Assembly: GCA_963777605.1 (NCBI GenBank)
Contig: CAVZRV010000008.1
Coordinates: forward strand, 160,001 to 224,000
Direction of reading: 5' to 3'
Origin: an uncultured Acidobacteriota bacterium
Lineage (GTDB): Bacteria; Acidobacteriota; UBA6911; RPQK01; JAPXNP01
Length of the DNA stretch: 64,000 bases
Positions 51,378 to 60,692 of this stretch are shown here, piece by piece; the first letter of the stretch is position 1; each line of letters starts with the position of its first letter. The notes beneath the pieces are model-generated. The model was given only the letters and a program-made list of their open reading frames with translations, had not been told where the DNA came from and did no database searches. A program made the position numbers and the translations under genes.

Positions 51378-52880
51378 ATGAACTTTCGCCCATTCGTGCT
51401 GACTTCAATCGTCTCGTTTCTCTTCGTTGCAGCTTGCTCCAGCAAACCGCCGGTCGAATCCGCACCCGCGAAAAACCTGGATCGGCCGAACCTCCTGCTC
51501 GCGATTGCCGATGACTGGAGTTGGCCACATGCCGGGGCCTATGGAGACCCTGCAGTAAAGACTCCAACATTTGACCGAGTAGCTCGTGAAGGGGTTCTGT
51601 TCAGCAATGCCTACGTTGCATCACCTTCCTGTACGCCAAGCCGCGCGGCCTTATTGACCGGCCAGTGGCACTGGAGGCTGGAAGAGAGCGCCAACCTCTG
51701 GAGTACTCTGCAGACCCGGTTTGCGGTCTATCCCGATATTCTCGAAGCGGCGGGATATTATGTCGGCTTCAGCGGAAAGGGATGGGGACCCGGTAAATGG
51801 GAAGTCGGAGGGAGAACGCGAAATCCGGCTGGTACCGAGTATGCCGATTTTGAGACCTTTCTCAAAGAACGGCCAGAAAGTGAACCCTTCTGTTACTGGT
51901 TCGGGAGCTTCGATCCGCACCGGCCCTACGAGGAGGGCACCGGGATCGCCTCGGGCATCGACCCGAAAGCGATTCGGCTTTTCGACATCTTTCCCGATGT
52001 TCCCGAGGTGCGAAGCGACGTCGCCGACTACATGTACGAGGTGCAGCGGTTCGATCGCGACGTTGGCAAGATGCTGGAGCTGCTCGAGTCAAGAGGCGAA
52101 CTCGACCGGACTCTCATCGTCGTCACGGGTGACAATGGAATGCCCTTCCCGCGGTGCAAGGGAAATCTGTACGACGGTGGGACCCGGGTACCCCTCGCGA
52201 TCCGCTGGTCCGGGCGGGTTGCTGCCGACCGGACGTCGGACGATCTCGTCAGCCTTACGGACCTGGCGCCGACATTCCTGGAGGCGGCGGGCATCGCGGT
52301 TCCGACTGAAATGACTGGCCGGAGCCTCGTGCCGATCCTGGCCTCGGCAAAGAGTGGCCAGGTGGATCCCGACCGGGAATCCGTACTTCTGGGAAAGGAG
52401 AGGCACGTTCCGTGTCAGGAAGCCCCGGATTCCGGCGGAACGCCAATGCGGGCGATTCGCACTCACGACTATCTCTACGTTCGAAACTTCCGGCCCGACC
52501 GGTGGCCGGCGGGGACGCCCAACTACGAGAAGGCGACCTTTCCCGGATCCTGGTACGGCGACGTGGACAACGGCCCAACCAAGCTTTACATGGTGGAGAA
52601 TCAGGATCGGGACGAGCGGAATCGCCATCTCTTCGAACTCGCCTTCGAAAAACGTCCGTCCGAGGAACTCTATGACCTCCGCACGGATCCTCAGCAGATG
52701 AAGAACGTCGTCGCTGATCCGGAATACCAAGAGATCCGCGAAAGACTGGCCGCGCAATTGACCGCCGAACTGGAGAAGTCACAAGACCCCCGGCTCGGCA
52801 GCGAGCCCTCCCGACTGGAGCGGTACCCCTATTACGGGGGAAGCCCGCTGAAACCCGGGTACAAACCCCCAAAGAAGTGA
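51378..52880 (+). CDS. Sulfatase (N-sulfoglucosamine sulfohydrolase-like) lipoprotein
   Basis: Lipobox VAAC; RPNLLLAIADD, SCTPSRAALLTG, DPHRPY, GDNGMPFPR, EELYDL. Confidence 0.92.
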   Translation: MNFRPFVLTSIVSFLFVAACSSKPPVESAPAKNLDRPNLLLAIADDWSWPHAGAYGDPAVKTPTFDRVAREGVLFSNAYVASPSCTPSRAALLTGQWHWRLEESANLWSTLQTRFAVYPDILEAAGYYVGFSGKGWGPGKWEVGGRTRNPAGTEYADFETFLKERPESEPFCYWFGSFDPHRPYEEGTGIASGIDPKAIRLFDIFPDVPEVRSDVADYMYEVQRFDRDVGKMLELLESRGELDRTLIVVTGDNGMPFPRCKGNLYDGGTRVPLAIRWSGRVAADRTSDDLVSLTDLAPTFLEAAGIAVPTEMTGRSLVPILASAKSGQVDPDRESVLLGKERHVPCQEAPDSGGTPMRAIRTHDYLYVRNFRPDRWPAGTPNYEKATFPGSWYGDVDNGPTKLYMVENQDRDERNRHLFELAFEKRPSEELYDLRTDPQQMKNVVADPEYQEIRERLAAQLTAELEKSQDPRLGSEPSRLERYPYYGGSPLKPGYKPPKK

Positions 52881-53023
52881 AATGGCGATCGGTCGGTGTT
52901 CAGAATGCGAGAGTCGGCGAGTGCGTCGCCAGACGTTCTTCTGTTGCTTCGCCTGATGTTGACTCCACCAGCTGATTCAAACCCTCCAGGGCCGCCAGTT
53001 CATCCAAGGGAGCAACCTGACGA

Positions 53024-53770
53024 TCACCGCAGTAACCGCCCACCGTTGACGTCGATGGTGCTGCCGGTCATGAACCGGCACAGTGGGCTGGCCACAAACG
53101 TGATCATCCGGGCAATCTCTTCAGGTTCAGCGTAGGCTGAAACCAGCAGTTTCTTCTTCAGGTAGTCCGCCGGAAGATGTGAAGCGGTCAACTGGCCCAT
53201 CTCGGTCAGGGTCATTCCGGGTGCGACACAGTTGACCCGAACGCGCGGCGCAAGAGCCCGGGCCGCACTTTTGGTCAGGTTGATGACGCCTGCCTTGGAG
53301 GCAGCGTAGTGGGCATGGTGCGGAGCCCCGGTGTGTCCTGAGACGCTTGAAACGATGGTTATCGAGGAGCCGTCGCGCAGCCGGGGGATGGACTCGCGGA
53401 GCACGCGAAAGGGCCCGTTCAAGTTGGTGTCGATGACCTGCTCCCACTCCTCGGCGGAGAGTTCCTCGAACGGGGTGACCAGGTTGAGCCCGGCACAGAT
53501 AATGAGAAGGTCGATGCCGGCGGTTACCTCGTCCAGCGATTTGAACAGTTGCGCCACTTGCGACGAACTCGAAATGTCAACGGGGAATTCCCGGACCTCT
53601 CTACCCGACCTCCCCAGTTCGGACGCCAGTTTTTTCGCCTGCTGTCGACTCGAGCGGTACGTCAAAGCCAGGTGAGCCCCTTCCTCGACCAGGATCCGGC
53701 AGGTGGCTGCCCCGATCCCTTTTGAGCCCCCGATAACCAGTGCGAACTTGTCCTCGAGTTGGAGATCCAT
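53024..53770 (-). CDS. SDR family oxidoreductase (FabG-like)
   Basis: GGSKGIG, YAASK, VNCVAPG, IDVNGG. Confidence 0.92.
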   Translation of the reverse strand: MDLQLEDKFALVIGGSKGIGAATCRILVEEGAHLALTYRSSRQQAKKLASELGRSGREVREFPVDISSSSQVAQLFKSLDEVTAGIDLLIICAGLNLVTPFEELSAEEWEQVIDTNLNGPFRVLRESIPRLRDGSSITIVSSVSGHTGAPHHAHYAASKAGVINLTKSAARALAPRVRVNCVAPGMTLTEMGQLTASHLPADYLKKKLLVSAYAEPEEIARMITFVASPLCRFMTGSTIDVNGGRLLR

Positions 53771-54000
53771 TCTGGGAGTATAGAGAACATTCTCGATCTT
53801 CGGAGTGTGTTGCCGGAATCGCCATCGGAGCAAATTCTGACTCGTCTAACCGTGCCCAATCCGCCCGCGGGCGCACGAAGCCCCCGGGCAAAGCCTCCGG
53901 CGGGGGCCAAACCCCTAACCCCATACTAGTAATTACGAACGTGTCGGGAAAAGTGCGAAGACCGCGGGAAGAAAGTGGAAAAGGCTTGGTTTGCAGGGTG

Positions 54001-54250
54001 TGCCTGGTATGGCGGCCGGGCAGCTTGCCCGGCGGAAGTGAACATTCTCAATCCAGGATTCTTGATTTCCGGTTTGTTCTGAAACAGTCCGCCACCGGGA
54101 CTGAATCGCACTTTCAGTGCTGCAATGCAGCCTCGGATCGGATTCCCGGGGCGTTGCCGCCGGGCTGGAAATGACCCTGCGCCGTTGGCGCGCTCATCTG
54201 GCGATGCTTCACCAGTTTCAATTACTGAATGATCCGGCGCCGCCGGGGGC
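54001..54250. repeat. Dispersed hairpin-rich REP/MITE-like element, copy 2
   Basis: Same orientation and colinear with 23780-24011; retains two hairpin tips (cagtcc..ggactg, gcgccgttggcgc) missing from copy 1. Confidence 0.9.
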
Positions 54251-54375
54251 GCCCCTGACTTGGGCTCCGTCGTGCGGGGAGGGTGGCAGAAGCTGGTGCT
54301 ATAGTCGGAACTTCCACTGCTGTTCGTCCCGGCGTTCGAACGGCGGACGTTTTTCAGCCTGATCAAGGGCGCCCT

Positions 54376-55683
54376 ATGGCAGAACCTGTTGTTCCAGACA
54401 ACGAGTTGGTCTTAGTACTGAGCGGTGACCTCCACCTGGGCAGGGCATCCAGCCAGGTGCCCGGACAGGTCCATCGTGATGAACTGCGGGCAACGGGTGC
54501 CTGGGGCCGAATCGTCGAACTGGCCATCCGAGGGCGAGCTGCAGCAGTCTGCCTGAGTGGAGACGTCGTTGACCAGGACAATCGCTTCTGGGAGGCCATC
54601 GGTCCCCTCGAGAGAGGCATTCAGCGCCTTTCCTCAGAGGGCGTGCGCACCGTGGCGGTCGCGGGAAACCATGACCACGAAGTCCTGGCGAGGCTGGCTG
54701 ACCAATTTACGCCGGAGGCGTTCCAACTCCTCGGCAGGAACGGGAACTGGGAGCGACTCACGCTCAAACAGGACGGCCACGCAATCCTGCACGTCGATGG
54801 GTGGTCGTTTCCGAAGTCGCGGGTACAGACCAGCCCCCTCGACAGTTACGACTTTGCACGCGATCCCAACATTCCCACGTTGGGACTCGTGCACGGCGAT
54901 CTGGATACGTTTTCCAGCCCTTACGGCCCCCTCGACCAGGCGAGCCTGAAGGGTATTGGGCCGTCCGCTTGGTTGTTGGGACACGTCCACGCTCCCCGAT
55001 TGATCGCGGAACAGGGCCTCCCCTGGATTCTCTACCCCGGCTCGCCCCAGGCACTGGATCCGGGAGAAGCGGGTGTGCACGGGCCCTGGACCTGCCGGGT
55101 CGGATCCGGAGTGCTGGAGACGCCTGTGCAGGTTCCGACTTCCAGCGTTGGCTATGTAGGCCTCACTATTGATCTGGAAGGGGTTGGTGATGAAGCCGAA
55201 TTACAGGTTCGAATACTGGAGCGGATCAGGGAGGAGGCGGAAGAGATCATCAGGATTTGTGGAGATGATCTGTTCTGCCTGAGCCTGAGGCTGCGACTTT
55301 CCGGGCGGACCCGACTTTCCGGGTCGCTTCCGGACCTCGTGCCGACGATCAAGGACGATTTGGCACTGTCCGTCGATGGAGTCATGGTGGTCGTGGAGAG
55401 GCTGGACGTGGAAACTCTGCCGGCGATCGAACTGGCGGAGTACGCCCGGTCGTCCTCTGCGCCGGGCGCCGTGGCCCGACTGATCACTGAACTCGAAGGG
55501 GACGATCTTTCCGAGGACACGCGAGAGTTGGTTCGCCTGGTTCGCCGCGGGATCGAAGAACAGGATCGCCAGAAAGGTTTTGCGGGACTTCCCAGGCCAT
55601 CCATATCGGAGGCGCTCGCACGGGACTACCTCCTTTCCCAGGCCCGGGGACTGCTGGCCCGGTTGGTGGAGCAGTCAGAATGA
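54376..55683 (+). CDS. Mre11/SbcD-like DNA repair exonuclease (YhaO-like metallophosphoesterase)
   Basis: GDLHLG, LSGDVVD, AGNHD, LVHG, LGHVH, YPGSPQ. Confidence 0.9.
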   Translation: MAEPVVPDNELVLVLSGDLHLGRASSQVPGQVHRDELRATGAWGRIVELAIRGRAAAVCLSGDVVDQDNRFWEAIGPLERGIQRLSSEGVRTVAVAGNHDHEVLARLADQFTPEAFQLLGRNGNWERLTLKQDGHAILHVDGWSFPKSRVQTSPLDSYDFARDPNIPTLGLVHGDLDTFSSPYGPLDQASLKGIGPSAWLLGHVHAPRLIAEQGLPWILYPGSPQALDPGEAGVHGPWTCRVGSGVLETPVQVPTSSVGYVGLTIDLEGVGDEAELQVRILERIREEAEEIIRICGDDLFCLSLRLRLSGRTRLSGSLPDLVPTIKDDLALSVDGVMVVVERLDVETLPAIELAEYARSSSAPGAVARLITELEGDDLSEDTRELVRLVRRGIEEQDRQKGFAGLPRPSISEALARDYLLSQARGLLARLVEQSE

Positions 55684-58600
55684 ATCAACCGGCAGTGCGA
55701 TTCCAAAAGCTCGAGGTCGATCGCGTGCTCGGTATCCGGAGGGGAGACCGGTTCACCCTGAACGAACTTTCGGAGGAGTTCAACCTGATTTGCGGACCGA
55801 ACGGTTCGGGCAAGAGCACTACCGCCAAAGTGATCCAGGAACTCCTCTGGCCGGGAAGAACCGGGCTGGTCAGGCCTTCTGCCGGCGGAGTCTTTCGGCT
55901 CGCCGACGAGGAATGGTCCGTCCTGCTCGATGCGGGACATCCTGAGTTCTTTTGCGATGGCCGCAACGGAAACCTCCCGTCCGTTGGACCGCCTGAGAAT
56001 CGGTACCGGTATCGTCTGGCTCTCGACGAACTCCTGGGAGAAGACAATGCCGAGTTCGCCAAGGCGATTGCCGATGCCAGCCAGGGTGGTTTCGACCTCG
56101 AGTCTGCTGCCCGGAAAGCGGGCTTTCGCGAAAAGCCACCTTCCCGTACCTCGGAACGCAAAAAGGTCGAGGAGGCCCGCAGCCTGGTCGATAAGGCCCG
56201 CTCGCGCCAGCGGGACATCGAGGGGGAGGCTGCCAAGCTGGATGGACTGAGAACGGATCGGGACCGTTCCATCACAGCCCAGAAGGAATTGGAGGCGTTG
56301 CAGGAAGTTCTCCTGTATAGAAAGGCGGCAGGGAATCTCGAGCGTCTTGAGTCTGAACTCGCCCAGTTCCCGCGGCGACTCGAACTCCTCAAAGGAGAAG
56401 AACTCGAAGAACTCGATCGCTCGGACGAAGTGATTGCCCGCCTCGAAAATGACCGGATCGAGCAGGAGAAACGGATAACCAAGGCCATCGACGAACTCAA
56501 GGCTGCAGGTCTCGATCAGGCAGTCGCCGATCCCAAAATTGTTACCGGCCTGAGGGCTCTCGAACGCCAGATCGGAACGAGAGAGAGTGACCTGCGGCAG
56601 CACGAATCCCGGTTATCCGAGGCTGAAGCGGCCGCAGAGAAAGTCCTGCAACGGCTCGGTTCCCACTTCGACAGGGATCAACTGGTTGCGATCGAGACGG
56701 TCGAAATTGAGCCGGCGACCGGCTTTGCCAGAGAATCAGTTCGCTTGCGGGCGGAGGAGCGAGCCGCCCGTGAGATGCAACGGTGGCTGGCGCCCGAGTC
56801 CGGTGCGGATAATGCGGCTCCCTCTTCTGACGAGCTCAAAGAGGGGATCCGCCTGCTTGGTCGATGGCTGTCGTCTGGGGTCGGAACCGAACCGGCCGGC
56901 CGGACCGATGGGTTTTTGATCGCGGCTTCGGTGCTGGTTGCCGCTCTTGGCCTGGTGCTCGCTTTCATGGTTCACCCGGCCTGGGGGATCATGGCCCTGG
57001 TCGCGATTGCTCTCGTGCTGATGCGAGGGCGGCGGGAGCGTCAGGGCCATCGGAGCGAAATTGCGGACCCCAGGCGGATCCATCGTGACGACTATTCCCG
57101 GATGGATCTTCCCCAGCCGGAGGCCTGGGAAGAAGCCGAGGTCAACCGACTGCTGTCGAGGCTCGTTCGATTGACCGGCGAGACCAGTCTTGAGGAGGAG
57201 AGGAAGCGTCGTCGAGAGGATGTCGCGGCCCAGTTGGACGAACTCGGCGGACGGCTCCGCGAGATGGAGATGCATCGGGACGAAATTCAGCACAGGTTGG
57301 GCCTTCGTGCAGAAATTGGCGAGGAATGGCTTCCCCTATTGATTGACAATGTCGGCGAATGGCAGAAGCATCACACGACGGCCGTTTCCCTGCGGAGTGC
57401 CGTTGCGAAACTTAAAGACAAGCGGGAGGCTCTACTCCAGGATGCGGCTGAACTCCTGGTTCCCTTCGGCGTCGCTTCCGTCGATTCATCGGAGAGACTG
57501 GCTGGCGTCATCGACGAATTGGCAAATCGGCAGGAGCGGTTTCGAAATGCTTCCCGGGAGATCAAGGAGGCGAAGAGTCAGCTCGACCGTGCCCTGAGGG
57601 ACCTGGAGGATGTGGCCTCCCAGAAGCAGAAGGTCCTGGATCTGCTGAAGCTCGCTGACGGCGATCGGCACACCCTGCAGGAGTGGCTGCGGCTTCGGCC
57701 CCGGTTTCTCGAACTGCGGGATCAAGCTACCGAGGCCCGTGCCGTCGTCCAGGAGCGCCGCCGGTCGCTGGAGACCCGCGGTGACCTCCTGGAAATGGAT
57801 TCCGTTGCGATTAAGCAGCGGATCGAGACGCAGAATGAGATGGCGTCGATGCGGGACCAGCTCAGTGAGAGGATTGCCGCCATCAACCATGCGATCAAGG
57901 CGGCAAAAGAAGGCCACGAGCTGTCCGACGCGCTGGAGGAGCAGCAGGCGGCGCTCGCTGAGTTGGAGCAGGCTCGCGACGAAAATCGGCACATGGTGGT
58001 TGGCAGCATCCTGAAGGACTGGGTGCGCGGGGTATCGATTGAACGCTCGCGGCCGGAGGTCTTTCGCCGGGCCAACGAGTTGCTGGCCCGTTTCACCCGC
58101 GGCTCCCTGCAGATCGAACTCGAGGACCGGGAGAATCCCCCCAAGTTTCTGGCCCGCGAGGGCAAATTGCCCGCGCGCCCCTTGGACGAACTCTCGACCG
58201 GGGAGCGGATCCAGACCCTGATTGCGGTTCGAATCGCCTTCATCGAACAGGACGAACCGGTGGCATTGCCTCTTCTCCTGGACGAGACACTCGGCGCCAG
58301 TGACGATTCCCGGGCCGCGGTGATCATGGACTCGGTGATCGAGATCGCCCGGGGCGGCCGGCAGGTCTTCTATTTCACCGCCCAGGAAGACGAAGTTGGA
58401 AAGTGGAAGGCAAGGCTCGAGTCGTCTGGTGTCTCGTTCAAGTTGATAAATCTCGCCCAGGTCCGTCAGCTCGAGTCCGCCACGGCCGGTTCTCTCGACA
58501 TTGCACCGGTACCCTCGACGAGTGCGCCCTCCCCCCGGGGATTGAGCTACACGGAGTACGGACGGCTGCTCGCTCCTCCTCCCATTGACCCGTTCGCGGA

Positions 58601-59141
58601 ATCGCCAGACGGGATCCACCTCTGGCATCTCCTGAACGACACTCTGGTGTTGTTTGAACTCCTCTCCAAGGACATCAACACCCTGGGGCAGTTGAGAACT
58701 CTCGTCGATCACGGCGGTGCGGGTCTGATCGAGGGCCGGTTCGAATCTGCGCTGGCGGCGGCGAAGGCTGTTGACGCGGCCTGCCGGGCCTGGCGAATCG
58801 GGCGCGCCCGGGCAATCGGCCGGTCGGATTTGGAGGAGTCAGGGGCTGTGTCCGACGTCTTTATCAACCAGGTCGCGGAACTCGCCAGGTCTCTCAAGGG
58901 GAATGCAGGTGCCCTGATACGGGCACTGGAGGAACCGGGAAGGGTGTCCCGCTGGCGAGGAGACAAGACTGAGGCGCTGCGTGCCTTTTTTGATCAGTCC
59001 GGATTTCTTCCTGACACCGAGCCGCTCCCGGTCGCTGATGTCCGACTCCGAGCAATGGCTGAAGTAGCCGCGGAACTGAAAGAGGGCATCATCAGCCAGG
59101 ATCTTGTAGACCGCATCGTTGTGTCATTGCCACGAGATTAG
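55680..59141 (+). CDS. Rad50/SMC-like coiled-coil ATPase (YhaN/AAA_27-like) with a central TM hairpin
   Basis: Walker A GPNGSGKST, long coiled coil, signature LSTGER, Walker B/D-loop LLLDETLGASDD; start overlaps the nuclease stop (ATGA). Confidence 0.88.
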   Translation: MNQPAVRFQKLEVDRVLGIRRGDRFTLNELSEEFNLICGPNGSGKSTTAKVIQELLWPGRTGLVRPSAGGVFRLADEEWSVLLDAGHPEFFCDGRNGNLPSVGPPENRYRYRLALDELLGEDNAEFAKAIADASQGGFDLESAARKAGFREKPPSRTSERKKVEEARSLVDKARSRQRDIEGEAAKLDGLRTDRDRSITAQKELEALQEVLLYRKAAGNLERLESELAQFPRRLELLKGEELEELDRSDEVIARLENDRIEQEKRITKAIDELKAAGLDQAVADPKIVTGLRALERQIGTRESDLRQHESRLSEAEAAAEKVLQRLGSHFDRDQLVAIETVEIEPATGFARESVRLRAEERAAREMQRWLAPESGADNAAPSSDELKEGIRLLGRWLSSGVGTEPAGRTDGFLIAASVLVAALGLVLAFMVHPAWGIMALVAIALVLMRGRRERQGHRSEIADPRRIHRDDYSRMDLPQPEAWEEAEVNRLLSRLVRLTGETSLEEERKRRREDVAAQLDELGGRLREMEMHRDEIQHRLGLRAEIGEEWLPLLIDNVGEWQKHHTTAVSLRSAVAKLKDKREALLQDAAELLVPFGVASVDSSERLAGVIDELANRQERFRNASREIKEAKSQLDRALRDLEDVASQKQKVLDLLKLADGDRHTLQEWLRLRPRFLELRDQATEARAVVQERRRSLETRGDLLEMDSVAIKQRIETQNEMASMRDQLSERIAAINHAIKAAKEGHELSDALEEQQAALAELEQARDENRHMVVGSILKDWVRGVSIERSRPEVFRRANELLARFTRGSLQIELEDRENPPKFLAREGKLPARPLDELSTGERIQTLIAVRIAFIEQDEPVALPLLLDETLGASDDSRAAVIMDSVIEIARGGRQVFYFTAQEDEVGKWKARLESSGVSFKLINLAQVRQLESATAGSLDIAPVPSTSAPSPRGLSYTEYGRLLAPPPIDPFAESPDGIHLWHLLNDTLVLFELLSKDINTLGQLRTLVDHGGAGLIEGRFESALAAAKAVDAACRAWRIGRARAIGRSDLEESGAVSDVFINQVAELARSLKGNAGALIRALEEPGRVSRWRGDKTEALRAFFDQSGFLPDTEPLPVADVRLRAMAEVAAELKEGIISQDLVDRIVVSLPRD

Positions 59142-59153
59142 AGCGGGTCGGAC

Positions 59154-60692
59154 GTGTTTGCCAGGTCCGGCCGGTCCGAGAGAGTGGCGGTTGACAACAA
59201 CAGCCTCAGTTGGCGAAATACGGGGGTGGCAACTGATGTCAAGGACACTCAACTGGAACTGAGTGGCGCCGACCTCCGTGAGATCCTGCAGGAGGTCGCT
59301 TCTCGACTGGCGTCCTTCGTAGACTCGATCCCGGAACTGGTCACGCCGTCTCTCGAAGATGCTGAGCAGTGGGTGCCGGGTCTGCGCGAGCCTCTCCCCG
59401 AACAGGGGACCCCGTTGACCTCGTTGCTGGACCAACTGTTCGGTCCTGTGAATCAAATGGACGGGCTGGTCCACAAGTCCTTCAACACGACAGGTCCCGG
59501 CTACCTGGCCTATATCCCGGGGGGAGGGATCCTCCACGCGGCGGTGGCCGACTTGATTGCCGACACGGTCAATCGCTACGTCGGGCTCTGGCTTCCGGCT
59601 CCCGGACTGGTCCAACTCGAGGCCAACGTCATCCGATGGTTCTGCGCTGTCGCAGGATACCCTTCCGGGTCACTGGGCGTGCTGACTACGGGTGGTTCCC
59701 AGGCGAACCTCTTCTCCGCCATCATGGCGAGGAGCGAGAGACTGGGAGAGGAACTCGGAAGTGGAGTCGCCTACGTCAGCGACCAGGTCCATCACTCGGT
59801 CGAGAAAGCCCTGGTCCTCGCTGGAATCCGCCGGTCCAACGTGCGCCGCGTACCGAGCGACGACCTGTTCCGGATGAGCCTCGATGACCTCCGCGAGATG
59901 ATCTCCACGGACCGAGAATCTGGACGGGTTCCTTTTCTGGTAGTCGGCAGTGGCGGGACTACGAATACCGGTGCGGTGGACAGCCTTGACGAACTGGCTC
60001 GGATCGCCCGTGACGAAGGCCTCTGGTTTCACGTCGATGCCGCCTACGGCGGGTTCTTCACCCTCACCGACCGGGGCCGCCAGGCCCTTCGTGGTATTGA
60101 GAAATCCGATTCGGTGACTCTCGATCCGCACAAGGGGCTGTTCCTCCCGTATGGAACGGGTCTTCTCCTGGTGAGAGAGGCCGCCGCCATGCGGAGGACG
60201 TTTTCCAGTGACGCTTCCTACTTGCCGGCGATCCAACATGACGATGACCGCATCGATTTCTGCGAGATCTCTCCAGAACTCTCGCGAGATTTTCGGGGCC
60301 TCAGGGTCTGGCTACCCATCAAGATGGCGGGAATCGACCCTTTCCGTCGCTGTCTCGATGAGAAACTGGACCTTGCCGATTGGGCGGCCGACCGATTGAG
60401 GTCCATTCCAGGGATCCGAATCGTTGCGGAACCGCAATTGTCTACTGTCGCGTTCCGGCTGGATCCCCCAGGATGTACTGTCGAAGAAACCAATGATCTC
60501 AACCGGATCCTGCTCGAGGAGGTTAACCGTGCCGGCAGAATCTTCATCTCGGGTACCATGTTGAGAGAGCGTTTTACACTCCGTTTTTGTGTTCTCTCGT
60601 TCAGGACGCACCGCGAGCACATGGAAGAAGCAGTGAAACTGGTCAGCCAATACTCCGCCTCTATTCTTGCGAAACGGCCCGGTACCCGATGA
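59154..60692 (+). CDS. Group II PLP-dependent decarboxylase (aromatic-L-amino-acid/glutamate type); start uncertain
   Basis: YLAYIPGGG, TTGGSQAN, HHSVEKA, GTTNTGAVD, HVDAAYGG, DPHK. Confidence 0.92.
   Translation: MFARSGRSERVAVDNNSLSWRNTGVATDVKDTQLELSGADLREILQEVASRLASFVDSIPELVTPSLEDAEQWVPGLREPLPEQGTPLTSLLDQLFGPVNQMDGLVHKSFNTTGPGYLAYIPGGGILHAAVADLIADTVNRYVGLWLPAPGLVQLEANVIRWFCAVAGYPSGSLGVLTTGGSQANLFSAIMARSERLGEELGSGVAYVSDQVHHSVEKALVLAGIRRSNVRRVPSDDLFRMSLDDLREMISTDRESGRVPFLVVGSGGTTNTGAVDSLDELARIARDEGLWFHVDAAYGGFFTLTDRGRQALRGIEKSDSVTLDPHKGLFLPYGTGLLLVREAAAMRRTFSSDASYLPAIQHDDDRIDFCEISPELSRDFRGLRVWLPIKMAGIDPFRRCLDEKLDLADWAADRLRSIPGIRIVAEPQLSTVAFRLDPPGCTVEETNDLNRILLEEVNRAGRIFISGTMLRERFTLRFCVLSFRTHREHMEEAVKLVSQYSASILAKRPGTR

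Noticed and set aside
54322-54340. GTTC..GTTC upstream of the nuclease operon as a LexA box
   Set aside because: The spacer is 8 nt rather than the 7 nt of GTTC-N7-GTTC, and no similar site is seen at dinB or recQ
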